Shown here piece by piece: positions 1 to 6,969 of a stretch of DNA of 10,573 nucleotides; the first letter of the stretch is position 1, and each line of letters begins with the position of its first letter. Position numbers and translations under genes: made by a program. The notes under the pieces are model-generated. The model saw only the letters and a list, made by a program, of their open reading frames with translations. It ran no database searches and was not told where the DNA came from. The DNA is from Candidatus Hadarchaeota archaeon (lineage in GTDB: Archaea > CAYQAE01 > CAYVLA01), in NCBI GenBank assembly GCA_964452145.1, contig CAYVLA010000116.1:1-10573 (forward strand), read 5' to 3'.

Positions 1-855
1 GGTTTGGTGATGGTGGGGGGCTATGAAACATTTGGGGGGGCGAACAACCCCGACTGGGGCATCATGCCGGTGGGTGACGTGCTCCCTGTGGATACGGTGG
101 CGGGCCTGTACTGGGGAGGCCCCCTCACAATACTGGAAACCGAGAATGTCTTCATGACGAGCCTCCCGTGGCGACCGGATCTGCCGTTCATGCACAACTA
201 CGAGTGCAACATCGTGAAGCTCAGGGATGGGGCTGACCTGCTCGCCGTGGTGACGATAGGCCCATGGGGCAAGTCCTACGCGGGGTACGAGAACCCCTTC
301 TTCTCGACGTGGGCATACGCCAATGGCACCGTCTTCGCCATGACGGGAGACTGGACCCCGGCCGGCGGATGGCTCTTCCTACAATGGGATTACATACCGG
401 ACTTCGCAACCAACCTGATGCTGTATTGCGCCAAGAGACATGTGCCCCAGGACATAGGCCTTGTGCATTCCGTCAGGAACCAGATTGCTATGCTGGGCTA
501 CCGCCGGGCGATGCTCTCATCGCTCATCGATTTCGTGGAGAAGTTCGGAGCCAACACCAGAGAAGTTCTAGAGGCGGTGCGTGAGGTTGATGCGATTAGG
601 CAATCCGCGGCGAAGTTGTATGTGGAACAGAACTATGCGGAAGCCCTTGATGAAGTTGGCAGAGCCTTGGACTTGATGGACGACACGGAGGCACTTGCTG
701 ATAGGGTCAAGGCGGATGCCCTGCTATGGATCCATCTGTCGGAATGGTTGGTTTTCACCGCAACTTCCATCGTCTGTAGTTTCGTGATCTGGAGCCTGAT
801 GGTCCGACGCAGACTGTACAAGGAAGTAATCACGACCAAGTTTGCCAGTCGATAG
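1..855 (+). CDS. 5'-truncated membrane-anchored protein: DUF1355/GATase1-like domain, helical region and C-terminal TM helix
   Basis: Frame is open from base 1 (GLVMVGGYETFGG...VLPV), resembling the DUF1355/class I glutamine amidotransferase-like motif. An amphipathic helical region (AAKLYVEQNYAEALDEVGRALDLM) is followed by hydrophobic WLVFTATSIVCSFVIWSLMV and basic RRRLYK. Ends at TAG 853-855. Confidence 0.7.
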   Translation, partial: GLVMVGGYETFGGANNPDWGIMPVGDVLPVDTVAGLYWGGPLTILETENVFMTSLPWRPDLPFMHNYECNIVKLRDGADLLAVVTIGPWGKSYAGYENPFFSTWAYANGTVFAMTGDWTPAGGWLFLQWDYIPDFATNLMLYCAKRHVPQDIGLVHSVRNQIAMLGYRRAMLSSLIDFVEKFGANTREVLEAVREVDAIRQSAAKLYVEQNYAEALDEVGRALDLMDDTEALADRVKADALLWIHLSEWLVFTATSIVCSFVIWSLMVRRRLYKEVITTKFASR

Positions 856-1152
856 GCCGGTTCCGGTGGACTCCTGCTGGTTCTATCTGGCCGTCATGTG
901 GAACCGACGTGAACGACCTTCGGATGAATGGGCGACGGCAGACAAACAAACAGACAGGACTTGACTCATCGCCGAACCGATGAGGCCGATGCCGGTCATA
1001 TCAAGGTCGAAGGCCGCGAAACTGGGGCGGAGTTGCTTCTCCACCCAGTTCAGCTGAAGCTCATGCTGTAGAGCTCTGCCCAGCTCATCTTGACCCGGAA
1101 TGCGAGTGCCTCGCCGGCCTTGTGGCCTATGCTCGACTCTCCTTGCCATGTG

Positions 1153-1821
1153 ATGCATGTGTTGGCTGTGAGCGGAAGCCGTCGGATGGAGAAGAGCAAC
1201 ACGACTGTGATACTGAATCCGTTCCTGGAAGGCATGAGGGAAGCCGACGCGTTAGTTGGTCTGTTCTACTTGGAAAGGCTAGAGATCAAGCCATGCATGG
1301 GCGATTTCCACTGCTGGCGCGAGAAGCCGGGTCAGTGCGTACAATCCGATGACATGGATACGCTCTACCCGAAGCTACGGGAGGCCGATATTCTTATCTT
1401 TGCCACGCCAGTATACGTACCCCTGCCTGGCCAGATGCAGGACTTCATGAATAGGCTCTGTCCCCTTCTTGAACCGATTGTTGCGATCCCGGAGGGACGA
1501 ACCCGCGTCAGATTTCATGACAATGTGGCGATCAGGAAGATCGTACTGGTCTCCACATGTGGTTGGTGAGAACTGGACAACTTCGGGACCGTCATTCGGA
1601 TCGCGAAGGGATTCGCTGAGGATGCGGGCGTCGAGTTCGCGGGAGCCGTGCTCAGACCCCATTTCATGCCTATGAAAGAGAGCCAAGATCGGGTAAGGGA
1701 GATCTTGGAGGCATCAAGAAAGGCCGGGTACCAGCTCGTGAAGGATGGCAGGATGTCCGCAGAGGTTCTCCAAACGGTGAGCCAGCCGTTGATCTCCCAC
1801 AAGGATTGGATTGAGGCATAA
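1153..1821 (+). pseudogene. Flavodoxin-like NADPH-dependent FMN reductase / iron-sulfur flavoprotein family gene with an in-frame TGA at 1567-1569
   Basis: ATG 1153 gives MHVLAVSGSRR..SNT (FMN phosphate loop), PCMGDFHCWREKPGQC..DDM, EADILIFATPVY and MQDFMNRL. After the TGA the same frame stays open for 83 codons (ELDNFGTVIRIA...FAGAVLRPH...AGYQLVKDGRMS...VSQPLIS) to TAA 1819-1821, completing the fold. Confidence 0.8.
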
Positions 1822-2207
1822 GCACGGTTTATGGTTGGGTTTCACCCGGCCCGCAAGGACTTCTGCTGCGTGCAAGAATCGGTCTACACCAAGACAAGAT
1901 CCTGGAGATAGAACAGCTATGCAGCGTACTGGAGGAGGCTGCGCAACGATCTCGACACCTGGCCTCGATTCAGCCCTGGCGTCGAAGTCATGAGGAGTGC
2001 CAACAAGGCCCCCGAGGTCGTCTCCAGCTGGCTGACTATGGTAGAAACCAACCTTGATAGTTGATGATTTGGGCCGGTGTCTGCACTGGAGGTCGGACTA
2101 TGCTAACGTTTGGCAAGCATGAGTATCAAACGACGCCTGATCTGCGCGAAAGGTTGAGAATAGTTACAAACTGATTCATGTTGTAAGACTTCGGAACTCA
2201 AGGTTGC

Positions 2208-2222
2208 CAAAAGATTTATAAG
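2208..2222 (+). promoter_or_regulatory. Archaeal BRE + TATA box for the binding-protein gene
   Basis: Purine-rich CAAAAGA directly followed by TTTATAAG (2215-2222), about 50 nt upstream of ATG 2272, in otherwise GC-rich DNA. Confidence 0.7.
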
Positions 2223-2271
2223 AAAATCGCGAACCGCTATCGGAGCACCGTGTTGATAGAAGGTGCGTCAA

Positions 2272-3441
2272 ATGGGGAATGAGGCAAGCCAGAAGAAAGG
2301 CAACAGAACTGCGGTCCTCGTCCTGGTCGCAGTGGTAGTTGTCGCGATCGTTGTGTTCGCGGTCTACTACGCGACCAAGCCCATAGGGGAGTTCTCGATT
2401 GGCGTGATGATGTGCCTGTCAGGCGATCTTGGTCCCGTTGGACCGTTCCTGGTGGAAGGCATCGAACTCGCCGTTTGGGATGCGAATCGCAAGGGAGACA
2501 ACATAACGTTGATCATCGAAGATACAGCGACGGATCCGGCAAAGGCTGTGGAGGTCGGAACCAAGCTCATTGACATCGACGGGGTTCAGGTCATCGTAGG
2601 TCCGATGATAACGGACAGCACCTTGGGCCTGGCAGAGAAGGCCAACGCCGAGAAGGTTGTCCTCATAACTCCGTCAGCCACCAATCCGGCCATCACGGAT
2701 GCAGGGGAATACGTGTTCAGAGTCTGCCCTTCGGACCTTGTCCAGGGGGAGGCGATGGCCGACGTGGCGGAAGCAAAGGGCTACAGCAAGGTCGCCACCA
2801 TGGTGATGAACAACAACTACGGAATCGGCCTCGAGGAGGTCTTCAAGGAGATGTTCGCCGGAGAGGTCGTTCATAGCGTGAGGTTCGATCCAGATAAGGC
2901 GGACTACCGCACCGAACTGGAGATGATCAAAGCAAAGCAGCCGGACGCAATAATGTTCGTCGCGTACGTTGAGAGTGGCACAGCAGTGCTTAAGCAGGCT
3001 GGCGAGCTTGGGATGAACATACCATGGATAGCGGCGGAGGGAATAGCTGACAACGTGATGCTCGACAGGCCTGAAGTGGTTCCACAGATGGAGAACATGC
3101 TGCTTACGAAGCCGATGAGTCCCACGGGTCTTGCCACCTATCAGGAATTCTTGGATCTCTTCCACGAGAAGTATGGTGCAGACAGGGAACCGGGCATCTA
3201 CGCAGAGTATGCCTACGATGCAACAATGCTCGCGATCAAGGCGGTGAAGAGGGGCGGCTACGAAGGCGAGAAGATCAAGGACGCTTTGCATAAGGTAAGC
3301 CAGGGGTACCAGGGTGCCAGCGGAGACAAGACCTTCGACGAGAACGGAGACGTGACCGCAGACTTCGATATCCTCACGGCGAGCGGAGGTAAGCTTGTTA
3401 CCGTGGGGAGTTGGATCAAGGGCGTGGTGACCCTCGAGTAG
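2272..3441 (+). CDS. livK: Branched-chain amino acid (HAAT family) ABC transporter substrate-binding protein, N-terminally membrane anchored
   Basis: LivJ/K-type motifs IGVMMCLSGDLG, IEDTATDPAKAV, LITPSATNPAIT..GEYVFRVCPSD..QG, AEYAYDA and GASGDKTFDENGD. N-terminal KK plus hydrophobic helix. AGGTG (2261-2265) favours ATG 2272 over GTG 2263. Substrate specificity not established. Confidence 0.92.
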   Translation: MGNEASQKKGNRTAVLVLVAVVVVAIVVFAVYYATKPIGEFSIGVMMCLSGDLGPVGPFLVEGIELAVWDANRKGDNITLIIEDTATDPAKAVEVGTKLIDIDGVQVIVGPMITDSTLGLAEKANAEKVVLITPSATNPAITDAGEYVFRVCPSDLVQGEAMADVAEAKGYSKVATMVMNNNYGIGLEEVFKEMFAGEVVHSVRFDPDKADYRTELEMIKAKQPDAIMFVAYVESGTAVLKQAGELGMNIPWIAAEGIADNVMLDRPEVVPQMENMLLTKPMSPTGLATYQEFLDLFHEKYGADREPGIYAEYAYDATMLAIKAVKRGGYEGEKIKDALHKVSQGYQGASGDKTFDENGDVTADFDILTASGGKLVTVGSWIKGVVTLE

Positions 3442-3471
3442 GGCAGCCCTTGACCGCAAGGATACTGTAGG

Positions 3472-3497
3472 TGCGGGCGTTCATTTTTTTGCCCGCA
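3472..3497 (+). terminator. Probable terminator between convergent livK and livF
   Basis: T7 run (3484-3490) inside an inverted repeat TGCGGGC (3472-3478) / GCCCGCA (3491-3497), 30 nt after the livK stop. Confidence 0.6.
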
Positions 3498-3580
3498 TTA
3501 TCTCTCTGTTCGGGATTGCATGATCCATCTCGGTTGAACATGCGAGGCGGAAGCCCTAGATCCCGTGGTCAGGACCGGGT

Positions 3581-4291
3581 CTATGAACCCGCTTCCTTGC
3601 CCAGATAAAGACGGCCGATGTCCTTGTGTTCGAGGATCTCCCTGCCCGATCCCTCGAAAGCTTTCCTTCCCATCACCATAACATAACCTCTGTCGCAGAT
3701 CGCGAGCGACTTCCTTGCGTTCTGCTCCACGAGGAGTACGGAGGTCCCCCTTTTCCTTATCTGCCGAATCCTTTCCAGCGTCCCCGTGACCAGGGACGGG
3801 GAAAGCCCTGCCGTAGGCTCATCAAGGAGGATGAGCTTGGGGTCCGTCATCATCGCCCTAGCGACCGCAAGGGTCTGTCTCTCCCCTCCGCTGAGGTTGA
3901 TTGCCTTGACGTCCCTCTTCCCCCGAAGAAGAGGGAATATGTCCATCACCTCCTTGGCGCGGTCCTCGAAGCTGTCCATCGTGAAGGCACCCATCTGCAG
4001 GTTCTCGACCACGGTGAGGCTCGGAAATGCGTTGTCAAGCTGGGGAACGTAGCCCAGTCCCAGCCTGACGATCTTGTCTGGTCTCATCCCCGTGATTCTT
4101 CGCCCATCAAAGACGATGTCGCCCTGGACCGGAGAGATGAGCCCAAAGATAGTCTTCATCAAAGTGCTCTTTCCCGATCCGTTGGGCCCTATCAGGACGA
4201 CTACCTCTCCCTCGTCGACCGCCATGTCCACCTCTCTGACGACGATCATCTTGCCGTAGCCCGACGATAATCCCTTGACCTCCAGCAGCAT
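3581..4291 (-). CDS. livF: HAAT ABC transporter ATP-binding subunit, LivF type
   Basis: Walker A GPNGSGKST, YVPQ, signature LSGGERQ, Walker B ILLDEP and LivF-typical VEQN. Start placed at ATG 4291 (MLLEVKGL), 1 nt after the livG stop, with GGTGG upstream. Confidence 0.95.
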   Translation of the reverse strand: MLLEVKGLSSGYGKMIVVREVDMAVDEGEVVVLIGPNGSGKSTLMKTIFGLISPVQGDIVFDGRRITGMRPDKIVRLGLGYVPQLDNAFPSLTVVENLQMGAFTMDSFEDRAKEVMDIFPLLRGKRDVKAINLSGGERQTLAVARAMMTDPKLILLDEPTAGLSPSLVTGTLERIRQIRKRGTSVLLVEQNARKSLAICDRGYVMVMGRKAFEGSGREILEHKDIGRLYLGKEAGS

Positions 4292-4292
4292 C

Positions 4293-5048
4293 TCATCCAC
4301 CCAGGTAGGCATCGATCACCCGCGTGTCGCTTTGGATTTCCTTGGGAGTTCCCTGGGCCACCAGTTGCCCTTTGCTCATCACGAATATGGTCTCGCAGAA
4401 GTCCATTACGATGTCCATGTTGTGCTCGATTACCAGAAACGTCTGTCCCATGTTCTTGAGCTCGACGATCTTGCTGAAGATCTTCTTGGCAAGGGTCGGA
4501 TTGACACCCGCCACTGGTTCGTCCAGCAAGACCATGAGGGGATCAGACATTAGGCATCGGCCCAGTTCCAGGAGCTTCTGCTGGCCTCCGGACAGGTTCA
4601 TCGCATAGTCGCTTTTGAGACTCTCTATCTCGAGAAAGGCGAGAAGCTTAAGGGCCGTCTGGGTCAATGCATTCTCCTCGGCCACTACCTTTCGCCAGCG
4701 CAAGAACGTGTTGATCAGTTGTTCGCCCCTCTGACGGCGGGGCGCCACCCGCATGTTCTCAAGCACAGTTAGTCTGGGGAAGATCCTGGTGATCTGGAAG
4801 CTCCTGACCAAGCGCTTGTCGGCTATGGCGTGAGGCTTCAGACCTGTGATCCTCTCGTCATTGAAGAAGACGTCCCCTCCATCCGGATCATATTGCCCCG
4901 TGGCGACGTTGATCAGCGTGGTCTTGCCCGACCCGTTTGGCCCTATGAGCCCCGCGATGGTTGAACTCTCAATCTTCAAGCTGACCCGATCAAGGGCCTT
5001 CAGACCACCGAAGCTCTTGCTGACATCGCGGACTTCCAGAAGGCTCAT
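4293..5048 (-). CDS. livG: HAAT ABC transporter ATP-binding subunit, LivG type
   Basis: KSFGGLKAL, GPNGSGKTT, RSFQITRIF, LSGGQQK, LLDEP, IEHNM and C-terminal VIDAYLGG. Confidence 0.95.
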   Translation of the reverse strand: MSLLEVRDVSKSFGGLKALDRVSLKIESSTIAGLIGPNGSGKTTLINVATGQYDPDGGDVFFNDERITGLKPHAIADKRLVRSFQITRIFPRLTVLENMRVAPRRQRGEQLINTFLRWRKVVAEENALTQTALKLLAFLEIESLKSDYAMNLSGGQQKLLELGRCLMSDPLMVLLDEPVAGVNPTLAKKIFSKIVELKNMGQTFLVIEHNMDIVMDFCETIFVMSKGQLVAQGTPKEIQSDTRVIDAYLGG

Positions 5049-5059
5049 CGTGCCATCTC

Positions 5060-5944
5060 CTAGGTCTTAGCCTCCTCGATGACTCCTCTGGGTCTGTAGA
5101 GAAGGAAGAGTATCATCAGTAGGCCGATCACGATCCACCTGAGGTTGACCTGGGTCCCGGCCGAGATATCGATCAGATCCTTGAGGAACCGGGTGTACCT
5201 CTCGAATGTCTGAATCAGGAACGCGCCGAGCAGGACTCCGAAGTTGTTGCCCGTTCCCCCAATTATCATCATCGTCCAGACTGAGAAGGTGAGCAGTGGC
5301 ATGAACATGTCGGGGCTGATATAGCCAATGTAGTGGGCGAAGAGGCTTCCTGCGGCGCCGGCGATGCAGGAACTAATGACGAGGGATCTGGTCTTGAAGG
5401 CGAACACGTCCTTTCCCAGCGCCTCGGTGGCCACCTCGTCCTCCCTGATTGCCTTCAACACCCTGCCGAATGGGGAGGCCACTATCCTCTGAGTGATCGC
5501 GAAGCAGGCGACCACGCAGGTCCAGACCACCATCAGGTAGAAGATGGAGTACCCGTTCGCGAAGAAGGAGGACAGGGGATGGGGGATTCCTCTGACACCA
5601 GTGGGGCCGAGGGGCGCCTTCTCATTGAGCAGGATCAGCCTAACTATCTCCGCCACCGCTATCGTCGCTATCGCGAGGTAGTCCTCACGTAGCTTGAGAG
5701 TCGGTATTGCGATCAGGAAGCCGAGAAGACCTGCCGCGCAGATTGCCGCACCGAAGCCCGCTAGGAAGGGAGCTCCGCTGATTGTGAGAAGGGCCGAGAC
5801 ATAGGCTCCTACGGCAAAGAAGGCAACCTTCCCGAAATTCATGAGTCTGGTGTAGCCCGCCTCCAGATTGAGGCTAAGAGCAAGCAGTGCGAATATGCCG
5901 ACGTACGTGAACATATCGACTATGTACGCGATTATCGAGACCAT
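5060..5944 (-). CDS. livM: HAAT ABC transporter permease, LivM type
   Basis: Multi-TM protein with LSLNL..GY...NFG..AFF..GAY, LKLREDYLAIAT, SPFGRVLKAIREDE, IIGGTGN and YRPRG. AGGAG SD lies in the end of livH. Confidence 0.95.
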   Translation of the reverse strand: MVSIIAYIVDMFTYVGIFALLALSLNLEAGYTRLMNFGKVAFFAVGAYVSALLTISGAPFLAGFGAAICAAGLLGFLIAIPTLKLREDYLAIATIAVAEIVRLILLNEKAPLGPTGVRGIPHPLSSFFANGYSIFYLMVVWTCVVACFAITQRIVASPFGRVLKAIREDEVATEALGKDVFAFKTRSLVISSCIAGAAGSLFAHYIGYISPDMFMPLLTFSVWTMMIIGGTGNNFGVLLGAFLIQTFERYTRFLKDLIDISAGTQVNLRWIVIGLLMILFLLYRPRGVIEEAKT

Positions 5945-5947
5945 TGG

Positions 5948-6844
5948 TTACTCCTTCTCCGAACCCATGAGTCCAGTGGGTTTCACCAGTAGTACCACGA
6001 TCAGGACAACGAAGGCGATCGCTGATCGGTAGCCGGTCGACAGTGAAAGGCTCGACAACGCTATGACTCCCATGTTCTCCGCCAGGCCAAGGATGTAGGC
6101 TGCAAGCATCGTGCCGTAGAGATTGCCGACTCCTCCCAGGATGACGACGGCGAAGGCCGGAAGGAGCACTTCCCATCCTATCTGGGGAATCAATCTGGTG
6201 TCTGCCCCCCTAAACACGCCTCCTATGCCGGCGAGGCCAGCGCCGAGGAACCAGACCAGGACGATTATCCTGTCGGTGTCGATGCCGCAGGCAGACGCTA
6301 GTTGCGGGTTGTCTGAAGTGGCTCTCATCGCCTTTCCAAGCTTGGTTCTCCTGAGGAAGATGTGGACAAGGGAGATTAGCAGGACGGAAGCCACGATCAT
6401 CACGACGTGGAGGCTGGTCAGCGTTGCCCTGGCACCCGCAAGCTTCAACGTGTAGATCTTCGTGTCAAGGGTGTACCAGCGAGCCTTGGATCCCCAGATC
6501 TGCTGGATGCAATGTCTTATCACCAGGCCCGCCCCTATGGACGCGACCATGAGGGCGATCCTCTCCGCCCCTCTGTTACGCAAGGGCCTGAAGACCAGGA
6601 ACTCCAGCCCGATCCCGAGGAGACCGGCCAAGAGGAACCCCCCCGCAATCGAAACGAGGATGTTCCTGCTGACAAGCCCATTCAGGGCGAGGCCCACGTA
6701 AGCCCCTGTTGCGATCATCTCGGCATGCGAGAAATTGGCGAACTTCAGGATTCTGTAAACCAGCGTGAGGCCTATGGCTATGAGAGAGTATATGCTTCCG
6801 GTGAGCACGGAGTTGAACAGGACCTGCACGGCAAAGATGGGCAA
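5948..6844 (-). CDS. livH: HAAT ABC transporter permease, LivH type (TTG start)
   Basis: GSIYSLIAIGLTLVY...FANFSHAE, RTKLGKAMRATSDN, AFAVVILGGVG and LLVKPTGLMG. An in-frame TAG at 6848-6850 limits upstream extension. Confidence 0.95.
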   Translation of the reverse strand: MPIFAVQVLFNSVLTGSIYSLIAIGLTLVYRILKFANFSHAEMIATGAYVGLALNGLVSRNILVSIAGGFLLAGLLGIGLEFLVFRPLRNRGAERIALMVASIGAGLVIRHCIQQIWGSKARWYTLDTKIYTLKLAGARATLTSLHVVMIVASVLLISLVHIFLRRTKLGKAMRATSDNPQLASACGIDTDRIIVLVWFLGAGLAGIGGVFRGADTRLIPQIGWEVLLPAFAVVILGGVGNLYGTMLAAYILGLAENMGVIALSSLSLSTGYRSAIAFVVLIVVLLVKPTGLMGSEKE

Positions 6845-6869
6845 TGGCTAGGAACAAGCCGATTCTTCA

Positions 6870-6877
6870 TATTTAAA
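6870..6877 (-). promoter_or_regulatory. TATA box for the livHMGF operon
   Basis: TTTAAATA on the minus strand ending 25 nt before TTG 6844. Confidence 0.65.
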
Positions 6878-6939
6878 TGAACCACCATGACAGCATGTGT
6901 CACGGTTGTCCACGCCCGCGCCGTAAAGCCGGACATCAC

Positions 6940-6946
6940 TTTTAAG
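6940..6946 (+). promoter_or_regulatory. TATA-like box for the MFS gene
   Basis: TTTTAAG beginning 30 nt before GTG 6970. Confidence 0.55.
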
Positions 6947-6969
6947 CCAGCTACTGCACCGGCCCCACC

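Noticed and set aside
1090..1152. TTG 1090 start of the flavoprotein ORF
   Set aside because: The family fold begins at MHVLAVSGS (ATG 1153), and the extension is not family-like.
1567..1569. Genome-wide TGA=Trp/Gly alternative genetic code
   Set aside because: livG, MFS, AIM24 and Lrp end at TGA at family-appropriate lengths, TGG is used for Trp, and the DNA is GC-rich.
1990..2016. ATGA...AA...GA pattern resembling a eukaryote/Asgard-type SECIS downstream of the TGA-containing gene
   Set aside because: The helix between the putative quartet halves is only 7-8 nt with mismatches, versus about 11-12 bp expected, and the TGA probably aligns with Trp.
2061..2140. Possible C/D-box sRNA (TTGATGA ... 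CTGA)
   Set aside because: Box C lacks the leading purine, the span is longer than typical archaeal guides, and I see no convincing D'/C' pair.
2674..3459. Long antisense or alternate-frame ORFs (e.g. 2674-3459, 3626-4270, 7590-8396, 8162-8776, 8629-9417, 9531-10193)
   Set aside because: They are shadows of well-supported genes in GC-rich DNA, with no recognisable motifs.
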